Source: an uncultured Planctomycetota bacterium (lineage in GTDB: Bacteria; Planctomycetota; Planctomycetia; Gemmatales; Gemmataceae). Taken from it: 64,000 bases of DNA. This document shows positions 55,277 to 64,000 of this stretch, one piece after another (position 1 is the first letter of the stretch; every line of letters starts with the position of its first letter). The notes below the pieces were generated by a model. The model was not told the origin of the DNA. It ran no database searches and worked only from the letters and a program-made list of their open reading frames with translations. The DNA lies in NCBI GenBank assembly GCA_963849325.1, contig CAWKHF010000005.1:1056001-1120000 (forward strand). The letters are read 5' to 3'. The translations under genes were made by a program, and so were the position numbers.

Positions 55277-57237
55277 TTACGGAGCTTTCCGCCGCCGGGT
55301 ACTCTCGACGCGCGGCGCCGCGCCGAGCGACCATAACTTGACGATTCCATCGTCACTCACGGACGCCAGGTTGTTGCCGTCCGGGGCGAAGCATACGCAG
55401 CGGATGCCTCGGACGTGCCCCTCGAAGACGCGCACGGTTCGGGCGGTGGCGACGTCCCAGAGCCGCAGTTCTCCGGGGATCGCGTTCTGGTAATGCCCGC
55501 TGGCCGTCGCCAGCGTCTTGCCGTCCGGGGCGAAGGCGAGGCTGAGGAAGCCACAACGCTGCCCTTGCAGGCGGCCCTTGATTTGGCCGGTAGCGGTATC
55601 CCACAGCCGCACGGACTGGTCCCAGCTGGCCGTCGCCACCGTTTTGCCGTCCGGCGCGAACGTCACGGCCTCGACGCCCTCCCTGTGCCCTTTGAGTTCC
55701 AGCCGCAGCTTGCCCTCCACCGCGTCCCACAGCCGGGCCGTGTGGTCCTTGCTCGCCGTGGCGATCGTCTTGCCGTCCGGGGCGAACGCCACGGACAGCA
55801 CCCAGTCCGGGTGTCCCTCGAACGTCCTCACATCCTTACCTGTCGCCAGCTCCCACAGTTTCGCCGTCTTGTCGAGACTGCCCGTGACCAGCATTCGACC
55901 GTCCGGGGAGAACGCCAGCGAGTTAACGCCTCCCTTATGTCCCTTCAAAACGCGGAGGACTTTCCCCGTCGCCAGATCGCGCAGCTGGACGTTGTTGTCG
56001 AAACAGCCGGTCGCCAGCATTTTGCCGTCGGGCGAGAAGGCGACGTAGCGCAGGCCCTTCGCCTCCTGGACGGCGACGCGCTCCTTGCCCGTGGCCGGGT
56101 CCCACAGTTTCAGTTCGCCGCCCTTGTCCATGCCGCTGACCGTGGCGAGGGTCCGACCGTCGGGCGAAAGGCCGCGAACCAGCCTTGATCGGGGTGAGCC
56201 TGGAGTGTGAGCCGGGCCTTCTGCGGAAGCGCGATCGGCGTCCACAGCTTGATCGTGCGATCGAGTCCCGCGGACACGAGCCGCTTTCCGTCGGGGGAGA
56301 AGACGATGCCGGTGACGGCGTCGTTGTGACCGCGCAGCTGGCTACGCTGACTGCCGGCGGCCGGATCCCACAGGACGATCGTGTTGTCTCCGCCGCCGCT
56401 GGCCAGGGTCTTGCCCGCGGGCGAGAACACCAGGGTCATTACCTCGGCGTTATGGCCCTTGAGCGTGGACCGCTCGCTCTTGCCGGCCACGTCCCACAGT
56501 TTGATTACCTGATCGTCGCCACCGGAGGCCAGGGTCTTGCCATCCGGGCTGAAGGCCACGGCGCGAACGGCGCCTTCGTGGCCCTTGAGCGTGACAGGTT
56601 CGCCGTCGCCGGTCATCGGCCACAACTTGAGGGTGCGATCACTGCTGCCGGAAGCGAGCGTCTGGCCGTCCGGTGAGAAAGCGAGAGCGCGGATGGATGC
56701 CTTGTGGCCTTTGAGAATACGCAGCGCTTTGCCCGTGGCGGGATCCCAGAGGCGGATGGTTTTGTCGTAGCTGCCGCTGGCCAGCGTCTTACCGTCGGGA
56801 GAGAAGGCGACAGCGTAGACCCAACTGGTGTGGCCCTCCAGCGTGCGGATTTCCTTGCCGGTCGCTGCGTCCCACAGCTTGATATTCTGATCCGGACTGC
56901 CGCTGGCGAGGAGCTTGCCGTCGGGCGAAAACGCCAGGCACTGCACGGCATCGGTGTGCCCGCTGAGTCGATGCAGCAAGTCGCCGGAGGCGGCGTCGCG
57001 CAGGTGAATGGTCTGATCGTCCAGCGCGGTGGCGAGGATCTTGCCGTCGGGGGAAGAGGCCAGGGCCAGGATTTGAGGCGCCATGTTGTTGTTGGCGCCG
57101 AGCAGGTTTGTCGGCTGCGCATTGAACCGGGTCGGTTCCTCGGCCTTCGGCGTTTCCGCCTTGGTGAGCGCGAGAGGCAGACCGAGAGACAGCAGGAGCA
57201 TACCGGCGAGCATCAGCCACAACCGAAGACGGACCAT
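55277..57237 (-). CDS. Secreted WD40-repeat protein, about 2 propellers (frameshift near 56180)
   Basis: Signal peptide; repeated GH...V..VAFSPDG..LAS...D..I.LWD. Confidence 0.9.
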
Positions 57238-57262
57238 GAGGAGAGACCTCCTTTGTTGTTCT

Positions 57263-60202
57263 TCACGGAGAGACCGACGTTGTCGGCGCGGCTTTCGTCA
57301 TCGTCCGCGCCGGCTGTTCGTCGGTGAGCGACCATACGCGGATGGGGAAGTCCTTGCCGCCAGCGACGGGTTTGCCGCCCTCGTTCCGCCCTCCGCCGCC
57401 AGAAACGACCTGTCGGCCGTCGGGCAAGAATTTCACGGTGCAAACGTAGCCGCTTTGTCGGAAAATCTTCCGTTGCTGCCCCGTGGCCACGTCCCAGCAG
57501 CGCACGGTGCCATCGTAGCCGCCCGACAGAAGGCTATGTCCGTCCGGCGACACGTCCAAGCAGAGAACGCCGCCAGCGTGTCCCTGGAAGGTCCGCAACA
57601 GTTTGCCGCTTTCGATGTCCCATAACTGAATGACATTCGGGCCGGCCGTGCGAACCGCCTGGTGCGCGCTGGGCATCCAGGCCACGCAGTCGGTCCCTCC
57701 CCTGGGTCCGGACTGAAATTGGCGCAGTTGTTTGCCGCTGTCCACGTCCCACAACCGCATCATGTCGTCTCGACCGCCGGACAGAAAGCGTCGGCCATCG
57801 CTTGCGAAGCGCACGCTGCGGACCCAGTTGGTGTGGCCCTCGAACTTGCGGACTTCGCGACCGTTCTCGACCTCCCACAGACGGATGGTCTTGTCCCGGC
57901 CGCCGGACAGCACGTGCCGTCCATCCGGCGCGAAATCCAGGGCGTAAATGGCGCCGACGTGGCCGTGGAAGCGCCGCAGTTCGGCGCCCGTCTCCACGTC
58001 CCACAGGAAGGCCACGCCGCCGACGCCGGCCGAAACCGCCTGCTTGCCGTCCGGCGAAAGAGCTACCGCCTGGATCTCATTGGGCTGTTCGTTCGGCCCT
58101 TTGTCCACCGGCGGCGTCTCGGCCCGGAAGACGCGGAGTTCCTTGCCGGTCTGGAAGTCCCACAATCGCGCTGACTTGTCGCCTTGCGGCCAACCGCTGC
58201 CCGAAAATAGACGACGACCATCTCGGGAAATAACCAGGCTGAACACCGGACCCGTGTGTCCGCGCAACAGACGGATCGGCGCCGGTGCCGCCTGCCAGAC
58301 CTTCACCGAGTTGTCCAGGCTGGCCGACACGAGCCGCCGGCCGTCCGCGAACAGCAATCCCGTGATCGCGTTGCCGTGGCCATTCAGTCGGCTGCGCTGG
58401 CTGCCGGTCACGGCATCCCACAAGATGATCGTGTTGTCCGCGCCGCCGCTGGCCAGGGTCTTGCCCCGCGGCGAAAACGTCAGCGTCGTTACCTCCGCCC
58501 CGTGTCCTTTCAGGGTTGCTCGCTCGCTCTGCTTCGCCACGTCCCACAGTTTGATGGTGCGATCATCGCTGCCGGAGGCCAGGGTTTTGCCGTCCGGGCT
58601 GAAGGCGAGAGCACGGATCGCGTCCTCGTGGCCCTTGAGCGTGACGGGTCCGTCCTCGCCGGTCATCGGCCACAATTTGATGGCGCGATCGCTGCTGCCG
58701 GAAGCGAGCGTCCGGCCGTCCGGTGAGAAAGCGAGCGTTCGGATGGATGCTTTGTGCCCCTTCAGAATGCGCAACAATTGGCCCGTAGCCGGATCCCACA
58801 AGTGGATGGTCTTGTCATAGCTGCCGCTGGCCAACGTCTTGCCGTCCGGCGCGAACGCGACTGTGTAGATCCAGCTGAGGTGGCCTTTCAGCGTGTGGAC
58901 CTCCTGGCCGGTCGCCGCGTCCCACAGCTTGATCTTCTGATCGGGACTGCCGCTGGCCAGGAGTTTGCCATCCGGCGAATACGCCAGGCAGGTGACGACG
59001 TCGGCATGACCCTTGAGGACGTGGCGCTGGGTCCCGGTGGCCAGCTCGCAGATCTGCACGCCACCATTCTCGCCGGCGATGGCCACGCTCTTGCCGTCGG
59101 GTGAGTACGCCAGGGCGAGGACGGGCTGCGGCTCGAAGCGGCGCTCCTGCGTCCGCAGCGTGGCCAACTCCTTGCCTTCCACCACGTCCCATAGCTTCGC
59201 CGTGCCCTCATTGTTCCCCGCGGCCAGGCGTTTGCTATCGGGGGAGAAAGCCAATCCCCAAACGGCGCCGGTCTGGTTGTCGAGGAGGGGCCGTTCCTCC
59301 AGGGTGACGGCATGCCACAACTTCACTTTGCTGTTGTCCGCCGAGGCCGCCAGCGTCTTGCCGTCGGGCGAATACCTCACGCACCTCACGCTTCCTCCCG
59401 GACCCGGCAGCGTCGTTCGCTCCTGACCCGTGGCGGCATCCCACAGCTTCACCGTGCCGTCCCAACCGGCCGTGGCGACGGTCTTGCCATCCGGGGAAAA
59501 GGTGACGAACTCCACCGCATTGGCATGTCCGGTAAGCGTCGTCTGACTTTTGCCGCCGGCCACGTCCCACAGGATGGCGCTGCGATCCGCGCTCACCGAG
59601 GCCAGCGTCTTGCCGTCGGGAGAGAAGGCCACGCACAGGACGATGCCGGTGTGCCCCTGGAGGCGCAGCCGCTGCTTTCGCGTGTCCACGTCCCAGACGG
59701 TCACGACCTTGTCCAGCCCGGCCGCCGCCAGCATCCTGCCGTCCGAGGAGAAGGCGACGGCGTTGACGCCGGCCGTGTGTCCCTCAAGGGTGGCACGCAT
59801 CGCCCCGGTCGCCGGATCGCGCAGCTTCACGGTGCCGTCGAACTCGCCGGTAGCCAGGATCTTGCCATCGGGAGAGAAAGCGACCGAGCGCACGACATGG
59901 GGCAGCGGGACCGTGACGGCCAATCGCTCCCTGGTCAGATCCCAGAGGCGAAGTTCGCCGGTTTTCGAGTTGGCGCCGCGACCGGCGGCCATTGCCAGGA
60001 GCTTGCCGTCGGGGGAGAAAGCCACGCTGTCCACGGGAAGGATACGGCCTTGAAGAGAGGTCGGATTGGGCAGGAACGACTCGGCCTCCTCGCGCGGCTT
60101 GGCCCGCGCCGCCGGCTGTTTCTTCGTCTCCGTCTGAGCGAAGTTCGACTGCGGCGCCAGCAAAAACAGACCCAAGAGCACAAGCCAACGAGAACGAACC
60201 AT
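57263..60202 (-). CDS. Secreted WD40-repeat protein, about 3 propellers
   Basis: Intact 979-aa ORF with signal peptide and about 21 WD repeats. Confidence 0.95.
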   Translation of the reverse strand: MVRSRWLVLLGLFLLAPQSNFAQTETKKQPAARAKPREEAESFLPNPTSLQGRILPVDSVAFSPDGKLLAMAAGRGANSKTGELRLWDLTRERLAVTVPLPHVVRSVAFSPDGKILATGEFDGTVKLRDPATGAMRATLEGHTAGVNAVAFSSDGRMLAAAGLDKVVTVWDVDTRKQRLRLQGHTGIVLCVAFSPDGKTLASVSADRSAILWDVAGGKSQTTLTGHANAVEFVTFSPDGKTVATAGWDGTVKLWDAATGQERTTLPGPGGSVRCVRYSPDGKTLAASADNSKVKLWHAVTLEERPLLDNQTGAVWGLAFSPDSKRLAAGNNEGTAKLWDVVEGKELATLRTQERRFEPQPVLALAYSPDGKSVAIAGENGGVQICELATGTQRHVLKGHADVVTCLAYSPDGKLLASGSPDQKIKLWDAATGQEVHTLKGHLSWIYTVAFAPDGKTLASGSYDKTIHLWDPATGQLLRILKGHKASIRTLAFSPDGRTLASGSSDRAIKLWPMTGEDGPVTLKGHEDAIRALAFSPDGKTLASGSDDRTIKLWDVAKQSERATLKGHGAEVTTLTFSPRGKTLASGGADNTIILWDAVTGSQRSRLNGHGNAITGLLFADGRRLVSASLDNSVKVWQAAPAPIRLLRGHTGPVFSLVISRDGRRLFSGSGWPQGDKSARLWDFQTGKELRVFRAETPPVDKGPNEQPNEIQAVALSPDGKQAVSAGVGGVAFLWDVETGAELRRFHGHVGAIYALDFAPDGRHVLSGGRDKTIRLWEVENGREVRKFEGHTNWVRSVRFASDGRRFLSGGRDDMMRLWDVDSGKQLRQFQSGPRGGTDCVAWMPSAHQAVRTAGPNVIQLWDIESGKLLRTFQGHAGGVLCLDVSPDGHSLLSGGYDGTVRCWDVATGQQRKIFRQSGYVCTVKFLPDGRQVVSGGGGRNEGGKPVAGGKDFPIRVWSLTDEQPARTMTKAAPTTSVSP

Positions 60203-60269
60203 GAACGAACCTCCTTCTCTCGATACCTACCCATTCCTCGTCGTCGATCTGTTCCGCTCGCGGCCCCAA

Positions 60270-63194
60270 TTACTTTCGCACGGCCGCTTTCTTCATGGCC
60301 TGTGGCGGCGGTTCGTCGGTGAGCGACCAGACGCGGATGGGGAAGTCCGTGCCGCCGGCGACGTACTTGCCGCCGCCCTCTCCCCGTCCTCCGCCGGCGG
60401 TGATGGCCTGTCGGCCGTCGGGCGAGAACTTCACGACCCAAACGAAGCCGGTTTGTCGGAAGAGCTTGCGTTGTTGTCCCGTGGCCGCATCCCACCAGCG
60501 CACCGTGCCGTCGTAGCCGCATGACAGGATACTGTGGCCGTCCGGCGCGGCATCGACGGAAGTGACGCCGCCCGCGTGCCCCTGGAAAGTCCGCACCAGT
60601 TCGCCGCTTTCGACGTTCCATAACTGAATGACGCTCCCGCCGGCCGCGCAAATGGCCTGGCGCTGGTCGGGCATCCAGGCCACGCTATGAATCCATCCCT
60701 GCGTTTGCTGGAACGAACGCAGTTGTTTGCCGCCCTCCACGTCCCACAGCCGCAGCACGCCGTCTCGACCACCGGACAGAAAACGTCGGCCGTCGCGGGC
60801 GAAACGCACGCTGCGGACCCAGTCGGTATGGCCCTCGAACTTGCGAACTTCTCGACCGTTCTCGACCTCCCACAGACGGATGGTCTTATCGCGGCCGCCG
60901 GACAGCAGATGTCGCCCGTCCGGGGCGAAGTCCAGGGCGTTGATGGCGCCGACGTGGCCGTGGAAGCGCCGCAGCTCGGCGCCGGTCTCCACGTCCCAGA
61001 GAAAGACTACGCCGCCGACGCCGGCCGAAACCGCCTGCTTGCCGTCCGGCGAAAAGGCTACCGCGCCGATCTCATTAGGCTGTTCGCGCGGCCCCTTGTC
61101 CACCGCCGACGTGACACCCCGGAAGATGCGGAGTTCCTTGCTCGTTTTCAGGTCCCATAAGCGCACCGTCTTGTCCCCCTCGGGCCAACCGCTGCCCGAG
61201 AGCAGACGACGACCATCGCGGGAAATAACCAGGCTGACTACCGGGCCGGTATGACCACGCAGCAGACGAATCGGCGTCGGCGCTGCCTGCCAGATCTTCA
61301 CCGTGTTGTCCAGGCTGGATGATACGAGCCGTCGGCCGCCGGCGAAGGTCAATCCCGTGACGGCGTTGCCGTGGCCATTCAACCGACTGCGTTGGCTGCC
61401 GGTCGCGGCGTCCCACAAGAAGATGGCGTTGTCGGCGCCGCCACTGGCCAGGGTCTTGCCGGCCGGAGAGAAGGCCAGTGTTGTTACTTCCGCTGTGTGT
61501 CTCTTCAGGGTGGCCCGCTCGCTCTTCTTCGCCATGTCCCACAGCTTGATGGTGCGATCGTCGCTGCCGGAGGCCAGGGTTTGGCCGTCTGGACTGAAGG
61601 CGAGAACCCGTATGGCGTCTTCGTGTCCCTTGAGCGTGACGGGTTCGCTGTCGCCGCTCATCGGCCACAACTTGATGGCGCGATCGCTGCTGCCGGAAGC
61701 GAGTGTCTGACCGTCCGGTGAGAAAGCCAGAGCGCGGATGGATGCTTTGTGACCCTTGAGAATACGTAGTGTTTTGCCCGTGGCGGGCTCCCATAAGCGG
61801 ATAGTTTTGTCGTAGCTGCCGCTGGCCAACGTCTTGCCGTCGGGCGTGAAGGCCAGAGCGTAGACCCAACTGCTGTGGCCCTCCAGCGTGCGAACCTCTT
61901 GGCCGGTCGCCGCGTCCCACAGCTTGATCTTCTGATCGGGACTGCCGCTAGCCAACATCTTGCCGTCCGGCGAATACGCCAGGCAAGTAACCGCGTCGGC
62001 ATGTCCCTTGAGGACGTGACGCTGAATTCCGGTGGCCAACTCGCACAGTTGCACGCTGCCGTTCTCCCCGGCGATGGCCACGCTTTGGCCGTCGGGTGAG
62101 TACGCCAGCGCGAGGACCGGCTGCGGCTCGAAGCGGCGTTCCTTTGTCCGCAGCGTGGCCAACTCCTTGCCTTCCGCCACGTCCCACAGCTTCGCCGTGC
62201 CCTCGTTGCATCCCGTAGCTAAGCGTTTACTATCGGGAGAGAAGGCCAATCCCCAAACAGAGGGAGTCTGGTTGTCGAGGAGAATTCGTTCCTCCAGGGT
62301 GACGGCATCCCACAGTTTCACCTGGCGGTTGTTTCCCGAGGCCGCCAACGTCTTGCCGTCGGGCGAATACCTCACGCACATCACGCTTCCCCCCGGCCCA
62401 GGCAGCGTCTTTCGCTCCTGACCCGTGGCGGCATCCCACAGCTTCACCGTGCCGTCCCAACTGGCCGTGGCGACCGTCTTGCCATCCGGGGAAAAGGTGA
62501 CGAACTCCACGCCATTGGCATGTCCGGTAAGCGTCGTCCGACTTTTGCCGCCGGCCACGTCCCACAAGAGGGCGCGTCGATCGCGGCCGACCGAGGCCAG
62601 CGTCTTGCCGTCGGGAGAAAAGGCGACGCAAAAGACCCGGTCGCTATGCTCCTGGAGGCGCAGCCGCTGCTTTCGCGTGTCCACGTCCCAGACCGTCACA
62701 ACGTTGTCCAGCCCAGCCGCCGCCAGCATCTTGCCGTCCGGCGAGAAGGCGACGCCATTCACCCCGGCCGTGTGTCCGCGCAGGGTGGCGCGAACCGCCC
62801 CCGTAGCCGGGTCGCGCAGCTGCACCGTGTTGTCCAATTCGGCGGTAGCCAGCACCTTGCCGTCGGGGGAAAAGGCGACCGAGCGCACGATGTGGGGCAC
62901 CGGGACCGTGGCGATCCGTCGATCCTTGTTTAGGTCCCACAGGTGAAGCTCGCCTATCGATTGTCCGCCCCGACCGCCGACCATCGCCAGGAGCTTGCCG
63001 TCGGGCGAAAACGCCACGCTGTCCACGGTGAGAACGCGACCCTGGAGAGCAGCGGGATTGGGCAGAAACGACTCGGCCTCCTCTTGGGACTCGGCCTTCG
63101 CCGCCGACTGCTTCTTCGCCTCCGTCTGAGCGAGGTTGGGTTGCGGCGCCAGCACGAACAGACCCGCGAGCACAAGCCAACGAGAACGAACCAT
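60270..63194 (-). CDS. Secreted WD40-repeat protein, close paralogue of 57263..60202
   Basis: Intact 974-aa ORF, colinear with its neighbour from signal peptide to C-terminus. Confidence 0.95.
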   Translation of the reverse strand: MVRSRWLVLAGLFVLAPQPNLAQTEAKKQSAAKAESQEEAESFLPNPAALQGRVLTVDSVAFSPDGKLLAMVGGRGGQSIGELHLWDLNKDRRIATVPVPHIVRSVAFSPDGKVLATAELDNTVQLRDPATGAVRATLRGHTAGVNGVAFSPDGKMLAAAGLDNVVTVWDVDTRKQRLRLQEHSDRVFCVAFSPDGKTLASVGRDRRALLWDVAGGKSRTTLTGHANGVEFVTFSPDGKTVATASWDGTVKLWDAATGQERKTLPGPGGSVMCVRYSPDGKTLAASGNNRQVKLWDAVTLEERILLDNQTPSVWGLAFSPDSKRLATGCNEGTAKLWDVAEGKELATLRTKERRFEPQPVLALAYSPDGQSVAIAGENGSVQLCELATGIQRHVLKGHADAVTCLAYSPDGKMLASGSPDQKIKLWDAATGQEVRTLEGHSSWVYALAFTPDGKTLASGSYDKTIRLWEPATGKTLRILKGHKASIRALAFSPDGQTLASGSSDRAIKLWPMSGDSEPVTLKGHEDAIRVLAFSPDGQTLASGSDDRTIKLWDMAKKSERATLKRHTAEVTTLAFSPAGKTLASGGADNAIFLWDAATGSQRSRLNGHGNAVTGLTFAGGRRLVSSSLDNTVKIWQAAPTPIRLLRGHTGPVVSLVISRDGRRLLSGSGWPEGDKTVRLWDLKTSKELRIFRGVTSAVDKGPREQPNEIGAVAFSPDGKQAVSAGVGGVVFLWDVETGAELRRFHGHVGAINALDFAPDGRHLLSGGRDKTIRLWEVENGREVRKFEGHTDWVRSVRFARDGRRFLSGGRDGVLRLWDVEGGKQLRSFQQTQGWIHSVAWMPDQRQAICAAGGSVIQLWNVESGELVRTFQGHAGGVTSVDAAPDGHSILSCGYDGTVRWWDAATGQQRKLFRQTGFVWVVKFSPDGRQAITAGGGRGEGGGKYVAGGTDFPIRVWSLTDEPPPQAMKKAAVRK

Positions 63195-63271
63195 GAACGA
63201 ACCTCCTTCAATCGAGACGTGTCCTCTTCTCGTCGTCGATCCGTCCCTCTCACTGACGCTCGCGGCCCCCG

Positions 63272-64000
63272 TTACTTTCGCGCGGCCGCTTTCTTCATGG
63301 TCCGCGCCGGCGGTTCGTCGGCGAGCGACCAGACGCGGATGGGGAAGTCCGTGCCGCCGGCGACGTACTTGCCGTCGCCCGCACTCCGCCCTCCGCCGGC
63401 GGTGAAGGCCTGTCGGCCGTCGAGAGAGAACTTCACGGCCCGCGTGAAATAGTTATGCGGGAAAAGTTTGCGCTGCTGGCCGGTGTCCGCGTCCCACAAG
63501 CGCACGGAGAAATCGTAGCCGCACGACAGAATCCGATGGCCGTCCGGCGACACGTCCACGCCGGTGACGCCGTAGACGTGCCCCTGGAAGGTCCGCAGCA
63601 ACTCGCCGCGCTCGACGTCCCACAACTGCAAGACGCTGCCGCCGGCCCCGCAGACGGCCCGGCGATTGTCGGGCATCCAGGCCACGCACTCCGTCCATCC
63701 CTTCGGTCCGGCCTGGAACGAACGCAGTGGTTTGTCCTTCTCGATGTCCCACAAGCGCATCATCCCATCTCGGCCGCCGGACAGGAAGCGCCGGCCGTCG
63801 CCTGCCAAGCGCACACTGCGGACCCATTCCGTATGTCCCTCGAACTTACGAACCTGACGGCCGGTCTTGACGTCCCAGAGACGGATGCTCTTGTCCTCCC
63901 CAGCGGAGAGCACGTGCCGTCCGTCCGGTGCGAAGTCGAGTCCGGAAACGATGCCGGCGTGGCCGTGGAAACGTCGCCGTTCCGCGCCTGTCTCCACGTC
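63272..64000 (-). CDS. WD40-repeat paralogue, C-terminal part only (runs off the window)
   Basis: C-terminal propeller colinear with the two neighbouring paralogues (...GKYVAGGTDFPIRVWSL.DEPP). Confidence 0.9.
   Translation of the reverse strand, partial: DVETGAERRRFHGHAGIVSGLDFAPDGRHVLSAGEDKSIRLWDVKTGRQVRKFEGHTEWVRSVRLAGDGRRFLSGGRDGMMRLWDIEKDKPLRSFQAGPKGWTECVAWMPDNRRAVCGAGGSVLQLWDVERGELLRTFQGHVYGVTGVDVSPDGHRILSCGYDFSVRLWDADTGQQRKLFPHNYFTRAVKFSLDGRQAFTAGGGRSAGDGKYVAGGTDFPIRVWSLADEPPARTMKKAAARK

Noticed and set aside
55277-64000. Diversity-generating retroelement acting on the WD40 genes
   Set aside because: No reverse transcriptase or short template repeat in the window; differences span whole genes and are not evidently adenine-restricted.

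Overview
High-GC bacterial chromosomal window, most likely from a Planctomycetota (Gemmataceae-like) genome. This is inferred from DUF1501 and DUF1549/1553 genes, a PVC-type CxxCH dehydrogenase, secreted WD40 and EF-hand proteins and Uma2 nucleases. Many genes, including the essential pheT, carry single-base frameshifts, best explained as long-read assembly errors. In order, the window holds: PilT and PilB/GspE ATPases; a membrane-bound sigma54 activator divergent from an alpha/beta hydrolase; a dedicated type II FAS/PKS cluster (2x FabZ, FabG, oversized ACP, catalytically dead KS plus active KS, hydrolase, GH3 amido synthetase); RdgC-like/RecD2/Uma2 genes; a sigma54-type YqjDE-like operon; a SAM-I riboswitch-led ThrC-like/MoaD/MoeB/cysteine desulfurase operon; infC-rpmI-rplT-pheS-pheT; a divergent cluster of three structurally non-canonical tRNA genes; and a tandem array of secreted WD40 paralogues upstream of DUF1549, DUF1501 and EF-hand genes. 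Intergenic DNA is crowded with several families of palindromic REP-like elements and inverted heptamer arrays, some of which have entered coding sequence. The strongest candidates for novel biology are the KS/CLF-like + GH3 cluster, the atypical tRNA trio and the SAM-regulated sulfur-carrier operon. All family assignments come from motif recognition by eye; no database search was run.
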